From contig JAQUAK010000001.1 of NCBI GenBank assembly GCA_028687275.1, positions 100,213 to 164,212 on the forward strand: a stretch of DNA of 64,000 bases, given 5' to 3'. The notes below the pieces were generated by a model. The model saw nothing but the letters and a program-made list of their open reading frames with translations, had not been told where the DNA came from and made no database searches. This stretch comes from Patescibacteria group bacterium (GTDB taxonomy: Bacteria > Patescibacteriota > Patescibacteriia > Patescibacteriales > UBA12465). Below are positions 1 through 7,636 of the stretch, in pieces (the stretch's first letter is position 1; every line of letters begins with the position of its first letter). Both the position numbers and the translations under genes were made by a program.

Positions 1-68
1 AAAGGGACGCTAAGTAGCATTTTATAAAAATAAGCGCCGCTAGGCGCCTATTATTAGTAAAGATTATG

Positions 69-140
69 TGCCCCCACCAGGAATCGAACCTGGATTACAA
101 GATCCGCAATCTTGCGTTCTATCCATTAAACTATAAGGGC
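69..140 (-). tRNA. tRNA-Arg (anticodon GCG as folded by hand)
   Basis: The reverse complement GCCCTTATAG...GGTGGGGGCA folds as a cloverleaf. It has a 7-bp acceptor stem with two G-U pairs, anticodon stem CAAGA/TCTTG with loop TTGCGGA, and T-arm CCAGG-TTCGATT-CCTGG. No CCA is encoded. Confidence 0.85.
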
Positions 141-172
141 AGAAAATCGTATTTCACGATAGGCGAATTATA

Positions 173-709
173 CTATAGCTTCAGTAATTTCGTCAACTGC
201 TCTGATAAAGGAGGGGCAACTCTTTCCAAGTCTTCGTCTATATAGTTAAATAAATAATTGCGAACAGTTAAGGCGTCTTGTCGGCGTAAGGGCACGTGTA
301 GGCGCGGCATCATCTTATTATTAAATTCCAAATATAGATTCTTCACGCTTTGCTTTGGTTTATAAAGCACACAGAAATTTTTAATGGAGTCGTAGTCATA
401 GAAGCGCCGACCAATATCAATTCCTTCTGGTCCTAGTTTAATGGTAACCATCCGAGCTTCTTGACTATCATGGACAATCATAATAGCGATGGAGATGATA
501 ATAATAAGAGCGAAGAGGAAATTGGAATCAGCTCCTAGGAATACAATTTTCCAGGCGCTAATAGCGAAGAAGGAAAGGAAGAGGCAAATTAAGACAAAAA
601 GGCTGGTCAAGATATACCAAGTTTTATTCCTTTTTTGCTTAGTGTATTCCGGCACCTGCCATTGAATGAAGCTCTTTTGTTCTTTTTTTTCGGACATATA
701 GTTTGACAA
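173..709 (-). CDS. hypothetical membrane protein (two TM helices, soluble C-terminal domain)
   Basis: 178-aa ORF with a hydrophobic central segment. I recognise no family. Confidence 0.6.
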   Translation of the reverse strand: MSNYMSEKKEQKSFIQWQVPEYTKQKRNKTWYILTSLFVLICLFLSFFAISAWKIVFLGADSNFLFALIIIISIAIMIVHDSQEARMVTIKLGPEGIDIGRRFYDYDSIKNFCVLYKPKQSVKNLYLEFNNKMMPRLHVPLRRQDALTVRNYLFNYIDEDLERVAPPLSEQLTKLLKL

Positions 710-838
710 GCAATAATAGATTTTATATAGTGATTATACCATAAAAATTAAAAGAAAAAAATGCTAGATAAATCTGCTTAGTAATCTGCCAGCCGTGGGT
801 TGACAAAAGCAGTTTTTGTATAAGAAATGGATAAATAT

Positions 839-928
839 GGAGAGGTGGCTGAGCGGCTGAAAGCGGCAGGTTGCTAACCTGTTATAGGGGTTTTGCTCCT
901 ATCCGGGGTTCGAATCCCCGCCTCTCCG
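839..928 (+). tRNA. tRNA-Ser (anticodon GCT)
   Basis: Acceptor GGAGAGG/CCTCTCC, anticodon loop TTGCTAA, long variable arm ATAGG..CCTAT, and T-arm CGGGG-TTCGAAT-CCCCG. Confidence 0.9.
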
Positions 929-1129
929 CACTGAGTTAAAATCGTCTTTATTTTCAATTTTAGACAGCACATCATAGGGCTGTTTAAATGAAATATTGGC
1001 GATTTTTTTGTTTTTTATCTCAGCGTTCCAAAGTAGAGATATTAGAACATTCCTCTGTTTGCCTGGAGAAAGCCTAAAAAATTCTTTTCTCCTTTGTTTA
1101 GGCTCTAAAAAGAAGTTTTTTATCCGTTC

Positions 1130-1610
1130 CAATGTCGTCGGTGCCTATCGTCGCGCCATTGATTTAATTTTTACTGGAGAAGATGAGAAGGTAATAAAAA
1201 AAGACTTGCATCATCTGCGCACAGAACTTGAATTAAAATTAAATCACCGTGTTTATACAGAGGGTTTTATGTTTCAGGGTGATGACAACCTACAAAATTA
1301 TGAAGGCAATTTTCCTTCTTCAGAATGGGAATTCTGCGGACAGGTTATTTCCTCTAAAGCCTTGGGTGATAAGTTTGCCCTAAAGATTAAAGTTCATAAT
1401 ACTTTATTGGCTAGTGATGAGGTTGAAATTATCGGACCAGGCTATAAGACCGAGAGTCTTAGCAATTTAGAGATGAAAGATGAAAAGACGGATGAGTTGA
1501 TTACTGAGGCTCATGGCGGGGGCGGCGAAAAAGAATTAATCATTACCTGCGATCAGGATTGGCCAGCACTGAGTGTATTAAGACGTAAGATACCAAAAAT
1601 AGCCTTGTAA
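1130..1610 (+). pseudogene. peptidase U32 family, C-terminal fragment only (5'-truncated)
   Basis: The last ~160 aa of ORF 996..1610 (AYRRAIDLI..RVYTEGFMF..CGQVIS..IKVHNTLLASDEVEIIGPG..) resemble the C-terminal half of U32 collagenase-like peptidases. The N-terminal catalytic half is absent. The upstream part of the ORF is low-complexity and overlaps the tRNA-Ser flank. Confidence 0.5.
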
Positions 1611-1641
1611 AAGGCTATTTTTTTAAATATTTATATATTGT

Positions 1642-2118
1642 TTATTTAAAAAAATGGGTTATATAATGTCCGACAGTGTTAGACAGTATTAAGACGATGA
1701 CGGCGACGCCGAGATGTTCGCCCAGGCTTTCCCAACGACTTTGGCCTTGGCTTTTGGCTAACCAGAAACTAAGAATACTTAAAATGCTTAAACCCCAAAT
1801 AATACTGACAATAATAGCTACATTTAGAGAAAGGAGTAATACCGGTATTAGGAAGGTTAAAGCAAAAATTAATTTAAATAGAAAGGTAAAGCCGGTTGCC
1901 GCCCAAACTTCTTTGGCAATTGCACCTTCTTCTGTTTCTTTGGATACGTGCACACCAAGGGCATCAGAGAAAGCATCGGCAAAGGCAATTGTTAAAATAC
2001 CACCAATAACGGCGAGCTTGGAGCCAGTAGAAGCATTAAGTCCAATCATTAGACCCAGGGTCGTAATAACGGCAGAGGTTAAGCCAAAGCCCAGTCCGGC
2101 TAAAAGAGATTTTTTCAT
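1642..2118 (-). CDS. VIT/CCC1-like (DUF125-type) small membrane protein
   Basis: 158-aa polytopic ORF. The motif GGILTIAFADAFSDALGVHVSKE resembles VIT-family transporters. Confidence 0.5.
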   Translation of the reverse strand: MKKSLLAGLGFGLTSAVITTLGLMIGLNASTGSKLAVIGGILTIAFADAFSDALGVHVSKETEEGAIAKEVWAATGFTFLFKLIFALTFLIPVLLLSLNVAIIVSIIWGLSILSILSFWLAKSQGQSRWESLGEHLGVAVIVLILSNTVGHYITHFFK

Positions 2119-2190
2119 AGTTTCAAATTAATTATAATTATTATAGCATTAAACTTTCTCCGCTTCCAATAAGATTTTAGATAGGGAAAG

Positions 2191-2355
2191 ATGACAATTA
2201 GATACACTGATGATAGTGATGAAAAAATGAAGCATGAGTTAAGTGATTGTTTATGGAATATTATAGTTTTGGCCGATAGATTTGATATTAATCTAGAGGA
2301 ATCATTTATTTCAAATATGAGTCTGCTGGAAAAAAGAATTAAAGGTAGCCTCTAA
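2191..2355 (+). pseudogene. MazG-like nucleotide pyrophosphohydrolase fragment (54 aa)
   Basis: My hand translation is MTIRYTDDSDEKMKHELSDCLWNIIVLADRFDINLEESFISNMSLLEKRIKGSL. It resembles only the C-terminal helix pair of MazG-type NTP-PPases. Confidence 0.4.
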
Positions 2356-2362
2356 ATATTAC

Positions 2363-2462
2363 TGTTCCAAAACGTCCCACCCTCTCAGCAGTGAGTCAAA
2401 AACAAGGTTTAGCCTTGTTTTTTGGTGTCAAAAAGTTCCAAGATTGGGTAGGGAGTAAGTAA
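2363..2462 (+). repeat. intergenic repeat A: tRNA-3'-end-like segment + terminator hairpin + conserved tail
   Basis: tgttccaaaacgtcccaccctctcagcag resembles the tRNA-Ser 3' end (ggttcgaatccccgcctctccgcac). It is followed by hairpin caagg-tttag-ccttg with a T-run, then ttggtgtc..gttccaagattgggtaggga. It aligns with repeat C. Confidence 0.7.
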
Positions 2463-2542
2463 AAATATTTTTAAAAAATCACATAATTTATTTAATATTA
2501 ATATAAAAAATAGTGGTTTCAAAGTAAATCATTTTACTTGTA

Positions 2543-2571
2543 TTGACAAATAAATAATAATGCCATACAAT
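2543..2571 (+). promoter_or_regulatory. sigma70-like promoter (TTGACA-17-TACAAT) for the relB/yafQ operon
   Basis: TTGACA lies at 2543-2548, followed by a 17-nt spacer and TACAAT. It sits about 20 nt upstream of the 2592 start. Confidence 0.6.
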
Positions 2572-2591
2572 GTGATTATAATAAAAAACAT

Positions 2592-2876
2592 ATGATTACT
2601 AAAAATAACGAACAAATTCAAATTCGTATTGACGCTGAAACTAAAAAAGAAGCAAAAAAAATTCTTGATAGCCTGGGTATTGATATGAGTTCGGCTATAA
2701 AATTATTTTTTCGTCAGATAATAAATGCCAGAAATTTGCCATTTGAATTAAGGGGCGAAAATGGCCTTACTTTACATAATGCTGAAATGTTAAGAGAATC
2801 CATTATCAGTGCTAGGAATAGCACTAAGATTTTTAAGGATGGGTCAGCCCTCATCAAAGACGCTTTAAGGGATTAA
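2592..2876 (+). CDS. dinJ: type II antitoxin, RelB/DinJ family
   Basis: N-terminal IQIRIDAETKKEAKKILDSLGIDMSSAIKLFFRQI is the RelB/DinJ ribbon-helix-helix signature. It lies 3 nt upstream of a YafQ-like toxin gene. Confidence 0.85.
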   Translation: MITKNNEQIQIRIDAETKKEAKKILDSLGIDMSSAIKLFFRQIINARNLPFELRGENGLTLHNAEMLRESIISARNSTKIFKDGSALIKDALRD

Positions 2877-2879
2877 TCT

Positions 2880-3152
2880 ATGTTTTTACTGAAATTTTCT
2901 AGTCGATTTAAGAAAGACTTAAAGTCCTATAAATATGACACAGTTTTTTTAGTTGAATTAGAAAAAGTTTTAGATATTTTAGCAAAAGGCAAAGACTTGC
3001 CAGATAAAAATCTTAACCATCCTCTTATTGGTGAATTTAAGGGTTGTTTTGAATGTCATATTAAACCTGATATTCTTCTTATCTATAAAATAGAGAAATC
3101 AGAGTTGATTGTTTTATTACTTAGGGTTGGTTCACATTCAAATCTTTTTTAA
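2880..3152 (+). CDS. yafQ: type II toxin, YafQ/RelE family mRNA interferase
   Basis: FKKDLK..LNHPLIGEFKGCFECHIKPDILLIYKIE..LLLLRVGSHSNLF matches the YafQ family pattern. Confidence 0.85.
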   Translation: MFLLKFSSRFKKDLKSYKYDTVFLVELEKVLDILAKGKDLPDKNLNHPLIGEFKGCFECHIKPDILLIYKIEKSELIVLLLRVGSHSNLF

Positions 3153-3178
3153 TGGCGAATTAAGGTTTTTCTATATTA

Positions 3179-3241
3179 CCATTCCAAAACGTCCCGCTCT
3201 CCCCGCATAGTTTAAATAGCCCTAAAATAGGGGCTATTTTT
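3179..3241 (+). repeat. intergenic repeat B: tRNA-3'-end-like segment + terminator hairpin
   Basis: ccattccaaaacgtcccgctctccccgca is followed by hairpin atagccc..gggctat and a T-run. It is a shorter relative of repeats A and C. Confidence 0.6.
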
Positions 3242-3298
3242 AGTAGAGAGAATTGAACTTTGGAACGAGTAATGCTAGTATTAAGGTAAATGTAAAAT

Positions 3299-3874
3299 AT
3301 GGAAAAATTTTCTAACAATGTTCCGCAGAATGCAGAAAAAAGAGAAAATAAAATTGAAAAACCTCAAATTAAAGAAGGGGTAGATTTTGCATTTGAGCAA
3401 AACCCAGAACTTGCACAAATTGGAACAAAAGAACAGTATTCTGAATATTTAGATACTATTTTTCCAAATAGTAAAGTAAGAGATATTGTTTATCATGCAA
3501 GTTCTAATAAAATAGAAAAGTTTAGAGATAATATGTTTGGTGCATATTTTTCATATTCCCCTATACAAGGTGTTTATGGAGATGTTATTAATAACGTGCT
3601 TTTAAATATTAAATCTCTTTTAATGAAGCCCAAACCAGAATATAGCACTGAGGAAAAAGTAATTTATGATAAGGAATATAGAAGCTACAATAATCCTTCT
3701 TTTTCGCCAGAAGGTGACCGTATATACAAATACGATGCAAGTGTAGAAAACTCTACTGTAACTAAAGAAGGTGTCCAAATTAAAGTCAGAAATCCAGAAC
3801 AAATATACATATTAGGATCTAAGCAGGATATAGAAAATTTCAAAAAGTTTGTGGCAAATGAGAACGAAACTTAA
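3299..3874 (+). CDS. hypothetical protein, possibly a polyvalent-protein-type (ART-PolyVal-like) module
   Basis: 191-aa ORF. QYSEYLDTIFPNSKVRDIVYHASSNKIEKF and the C-terminal GSKQDIENFKKFV resemble modules of large mobile-element polyvalent proteins. This is from memory and is weak. Confidence 0.3.
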   Translation: MEKFSNNVPQNAEKRENKIEKPQIKEGVDFAFEQNPELAQIGTKEQYSEYLDTIFPNSKVRDIVYHASSNKIEKFRDNMFGAYFSYSPIQGVYGDVINNVLLNIKSLLMKPKPEYSTEEKVIYDKEYRSYNNPSFSPEGDRIYKYDASVENSTVTKEGVQIKVRNPEQIYILGSKQDIENFKKFVANENET

Positions 3875-3894
3875 ATTATTTTATTATTTATAAC

Positions 3895-3996
3895 CGTTCC
3901 AAGTGCGCCCCACCCTCTCCGCAGTTAGATAAAAATAAGGCTTAGCCTTATTTTTTGGTGTCTTTTTGTTCCAAAATTGGCTAGGGATTGAGAGAA
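3895..3996 (+). repeat. intergenic repeat C: tRNA-3'-end-like segment + terminator hairpin + conserved tail
   Basis: cgttccaagtgcgccccaccctctccgcag is followed by hairpin taagg-cttag-cctta with a T-run, then ttggtgtc..gttccaaaattggctaggga. It is collinear with repeat A. Confidence 0.7.
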
Positions 3997-4077
3997 AATA
4001 ATAAAAAATATTATGACTTTTTATTTAATATTAGAATAAAAAGACATTGTTCCATAGTTGATTATGGATATCTTTTA

Positions 4078-4106
4078 TTGACATTACCCCTTGTTTTCGA
4101 TATAAT
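4078..4106 (+). promoter_or_regulatory. consensus sigma70-like promoter (TTGACA-17-TATAAT)
   Basis: TTGACA at 4078-4083, a 17-nt spacer, and TATAAT at 4101-4106. Confidence 0.6.
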
Positions 4107-4112
4107 ACTAAC

Positions 4113-4201
4113 ATGCTTGTGGGGCGTCAGCCCTATTCGGCTAAATTCATAAGCTGAAGGCAGGCATAATAAAAAAGACTTCATTTGATGAAGTCTTTTT
4201 T
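4113..4201 (+). ncRNA. candidate ~90-nt small RNA (promoter-to-terminator unit)
   Basis: It starts about 7 nt after the consensus promoter. It contains a GC hairpin gggc-gtca-gccc and ends in hairpin agacttcat..atgaagtct with a T-run. The only reading frame encodes 14 aa. Confidence 0.35.
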
Positions 4202-4212
4202 ATATTTTTTCA

Positions 4213-4599
4213 TTAATCTTTTTCTGGACATCCTTTCATGGTCGTAAAAAACTTTACGTCCCTGTATTTGTTGGTTGTCCATGCTGGCACTATACTCCAA
4301 AAATGCAAGGAACCATTGTCACCGATTTTTCTGATGATTACTTTAATTTTTCTATTATCAATGATTGCTATTATTCCCCAGTATTTTATTAACCTACTTT
4401 CTTTTACTTTTTTCTTATATTTTTTGACCGTGAAATCTCCAATTGTTTCTTCAAATTCTTGATATGTGGTGGATATTTCAGTTAACTTTTTTGCTAGAGG
4501 TAATAGTTTGAATCGTAAAATTTGAGATGGGCGCTCTCTTTCCGTTCTTGCGGTCTTGAATAATATGTGATTAAATCCTTCATTGGTGATCAGAAAGGT
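4213..4599 (-). pseudogene. start-less ORF fragment, nuclease/toxin-like C-terminal region
   Basis: The minus-strand frame is open for 128 codons with no ATG/GTG/TTG start near its 5' end. It ends ..IKYWGIIAIIDNRKIKVIIRKIGDNGSLHFWSIVPAWTTNKYRD.., which looks like genuine protein sequence. It is probably 5'-truncated. Confidence 0.35.
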
Positions 4600-5154
4600 T
4601 TAGTAAAAGTTAGGCTTGAACTTAAGAAAGTTTTTGAAAACCTAGGCTTAGAAATAAAAGATGCTAGCGTAAAAGTGCCACAATTTTTCTTAAAATATCC
4701 GACTAAAAATATTTCTAATCGCAATACTTTAAAAATAGACATTAATTTTCCCCCACCCAAAGCTAACGTTTATGAACCGATTAGACTCGTTGATATTGAT
4801 CGAGTTGTTATTTGTCAAAATGTTTCTACTATGTTTGCTAATAAATTAGTAGCCGTGCTTGATCGTTTTGAGCGTAATAATTCAATTGCTGGTCGTGATA
4901 TTTATGACATTCATCATTTTTTTATGAATGGCTATGATTATAATAAAGCTGTCATAGCTGAGAGAACTGGTTTGAATTTAATTGATTTTTTTAAGAAACT
5001 GTCTGATTTTATAAGTGAACATGTTACTGAGACTATTTTAAATCAAGATCTAAATCCACTTATTCCCTATGAGCGGTTTAATAAATTTAGAAAAGTATTA
5101 AAAAAAGAAACGCTTATATTTTTGAGCGATGAGACGGCGCGTTTAAAAATTTAA
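4567..5154 (+). pseudogene. AbiEii/AbiGii-family nucleotidyltransferase toxin, N-terminally truncated
   Basis: KIDINF..MFANKLVAVLDRFERNNSIAGRDIYDIHHFF matches the C-terminal half of DUF1814/AbiEii toxins. The N-terminal NTase motif is absent, the start is GTG, and no AbiEi partner is present. Confidence 0.55.
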
Positions 5155-5506
5155 CCTCGTTTGTGCCTGATGATGAAAATGTAGAAAGTTATTTTGAGAT
5201 GTTGCGTAAACTCGAAAAGACTTTATCTAAAAAATGTTTCGTCTTAGACACCCAGAGATTGTAACCCAGGCGGATTATCTAAGATTATTTTTAATAGATC
5301 CTAGTTAAGGAGACTTCAGAATTTGGGCAAGTGCTTGTTTTGATGAAAAACGTATACAGCATCGAAAGAGAATAGCCAAAGAAAAATATAACCTTGAGCT
5401 ATGACTATAACCCCCGTTTTACTGTTTATTTTTTATATTTTCCAGCCTGACTGCTTCGTGATATAATCTAGGTGCTAATAAAATTTATTTATTTTTTTAA
5501 TTGATT

Positions 5507-6532
5507 ATGACCTATATTGTCTTAATTGTGCTTTTGCTTTTATCAGCTTGTTTTTCTGGTTTAAACTTAGGCATGATGAGCTTAACCCCGCAGGACTTAA
5601 AAAGAAAGATGGAGATGGGGAATAAGAGAGCTCGGAAGATATATGAAGTAAGGAAAAAAGGTAATTTACTTCTGGTAACTTTACTTCTTGGGAATGTGGC
5701 TGTTAATGCCTTCATCGCTATTTTTATGGGTTCAATCGCCTCTGGTCTAATCGCTGGTATTGTGGCCACTCTACTGATTACTATCTTTGGAGAAATTTTT
5801 CCTCAGGCTATTTTTTCCAGGTTTGCCTTACAAGTAGGTTCTAGAGTCGTTTGGTTGGTTAAAATTTTTATTTTTATTCTCTATCCAATTGCGGCACCTT
5901 TTGCTTATTTATTAAATAAAATTTTGGGCGAAGAATTACCAGCAGTATATTCTCGGCATGAGTTAAGTAAAATTATTGCCGAACACTCAGAGAGTGATTC
6001 CAGTGATATTGAACGTGATGAATCAAAGATTGTAAGAGGAGCTTTAACTTTTGGTGATAAGATTGTAAGAACTGCCATGACACCTAGGTCTTTAGTAATT
6101 AGTCTAGATGTTAATGATGTTTTAAATGAAAAAACTTTACGTTTTTTGGGTAAGCACGGTTATCCACGTGTTCCTGTTTTAGATAAAGAGACCCAAGAGG
6201 TTAAGGGTTTAATTTATACTTATGATTTATTAAACTTGAAAAACTTAAATAAGAAAGCTATTGATGTTTGCCACAAGAAATTGATATATGTTCATGAAAG
6301 CGCTGAATTAGATAGGGTTTTAAAGAATTTAATAAAAAACCGTCAGCATTTATTTGTGGTTATTAATGAGTTTAAAGAATTCTCAGGAATTATAACTGTG
6401 GAAGATATTGTTGAAGATATTTTAGGCAAAAAAATTGCTGATGAATTTGATAATCCATATAAGAAGGTGGTAAAAAGAAAGAGGGCGGCCAAGAAATATG
6501 CCAGAAAGGCTAGCCATTTAGCAAAAGCTTAA
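5507..6532 (+). CDS. CNNM/CorC/HlyC-family transporter (DUF21 + CBS pair)
   Basis: The N-terminal 4-TM DUF21-like region (LLLSACFSGLNLGMMSL) is followed by a CBS-pair region (VRTAMTPR..ITVEDIVEDILG). Confidence 0.85.
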   Translation: MTYIVLIVLLLLSACFSGLNLGMMSLTPQDLKRKMEMGNKRARKIYEVRKKGNLLLVTLLLGNVAVNAFIAIFMGSIASGLIAGIVATLLITIFGEIFPQAIFSRFALQVGSRVVWLVKIFIFILYPIAAPFAYLLNKILGEELPAVYSRHELSKIIAEHSESDSSDIERDESKIVRGALTFGDKIVRTAMTPRSLVISLDVNDVLNEKTLRFLGKHGYPRVPVLDKETQEVKGLIYTYDLLNLKNLNKKAIDVCHKKLIYVHESAELDRVLKNLIKNRQHLFVVINEFKEFSGIITVEDIVEDILGKKIADEFDNPYKKVVKRKRAAKKYARKASHLAKA

Positions 6533-7539
6533 TTGTTTCTTTTTTCTAAACTTTTTAGTACCTGTAAATAAAGATTCTCTACTATTTTAGCTTGTTTTTG
6601 TCCGGCTCTAAAATAGTGATCGAGTCCGGGGGCGGCGTTAATTTCAATTATCCAATATTTATTTATTGCTTTCGTTATATCATCAGTGAGTATATCAACA
6701 CCGCAAAAACGTAGCCCCATATCTTTGGTCAATTTAATGGCCATTTTTTTATAGCTTGGATGAATAGAATTGCTAAAGTCGATAGCATCACCGCCGGTTG
6801 AAAGATTAGTATTATCAAGTAGATATATTTTTTGCCCTTTGGCTAAAATTGATTCTAGATTTAAATTTTGACGTTTAAGTCTATTACTTATACGCTGGTC
6901 ATCAATTTTTATAGTAGTATCTCTTCTTTGCTGACTAAATTCTTTTTGCTTGGCTTTTAGTAGCTTAGTTATAGTTGCTTTGCCATCACCAACAACGCTT
7001 AGAGGTAGGCGTTGATAAGCGGAAATAACTTGATTATCCAATACTACTAACCTATAATCATTGCTCTTAATATATTTTTGCACTAAGGCAATCTTGTCTT
7101 TTTTAAATATTTCTTTTAAGCCTTGTTCTAATTCTTTTTTATTATAAACCAGGGCTACGCCCTCTCCCTGACTGCCACTATTGGGCTTGATTATAAGGGG
7201 CCAGCCTAATTTTTTAGCATGAGCATAAGCTCCATCTAGGCTTTGTTTTGGTTTTTTTAAAACTTCGGCCAAGCGCGATTTAAAAAAAGTTTTTGATTCA
7301 GGAATAATTGGATAGCCAAGTTTTTGCATAAAATGATAGGCATAATCTTTGTCTTTAGCGATGTCGGCCGCTCCTACTGAATTTAAATCTAAAGTATTAT
7401 AGCGAAAATAACTGTGCTTCCCATTTTTAAAGGTAATCTGTCCAGCTACGTGCCATTGTGGCTCTAAATAAACCTCAGCGCCAATACGTGGCGCTATTTT
7501 TTTTAATATTCCCCCCATGGCTAAAAATTCTTTGTTCAT
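6529..7539 (-). CDS. ATP-grasp enzyme (RimK/cyanophycin-synthetase-like)
   Basis: PLIIKPNSGSQGEGV..YRLVVLD..GGDAIDF..WIIEINAAPGL are ATP-grasp fold motifs. Confidence 0.7.
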   Translation of the reverse strand: MNKEFLAMGGILKKIAPRIGAEVYLEPQWHVAGQITFKNGKHSYFRYNTLDLNSVGAADIAKDKDYAYHFMQKLGYPIIPESKTFFKSRLAEVLKKPKQSLDGAYAHAKKLGWPLIIKPNSGSQGEGVALVYNKKELEQGLKEIFKKDKIALVQKYIKSNDYRLVVLDNQVISAYQRLPLSVVGDGKATITKLLKAKQKEFSQQRRDTTIKIDDQRISNRLKRQNLNLESILAKGQKIYLLDNTNLSTGGDAIDFSNSIHPSYKKMAIKLTKDMGLRFCGVDILTDDITKAINKYWIIEINAAPGLDHYFRAGQKQAKIVENLYLQVLKSLEKRNN

Positions 7540-7636
7540 ATAATTAATGCTTGTGCCAATACTATTATTATAAGCTAAGTTAAGAAATAAAAAACCATCC
7601 TTTGTTATTAGAATAGTTTTTTAAATAAAATCTTTT

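Noticed and set aside
899-1132. 77-aa minus-strand ORF
   Set aside because: It overlaps the 3' end of tRNA-Ser, and its C-terminus (GGDSNPG) is simply the translated T-arm. It is spurious.
1676-2131. 151-aa plus-strand ORF
   Set aside because: It is antisense to the better-supported VIT-like membrane protein gene (1642..2118-), and its composition is Pro/Arg/Lys-rich and unnatural.
4238-4462. 74-aa plus-strand ORF
   Set aside because: The opposite strand gives a far more protein-like translation (..IKVIIRKIGDNGSLHFWSIVP..). The plus-strand product is a hydrophobic, low-complexity artefact of AT-rich antisense sequence.
5155-5500. Possible gene remnants in the 350-bp gap before the CNNM transporter (short frames such as FVPDDENVESYFEMLRKLEKTLSKK)
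   Set aside because: The frames are too short and interrupted by stops in every frame to assign any family. I note it only as probable decayed sequence at the edge of the accessory patch.
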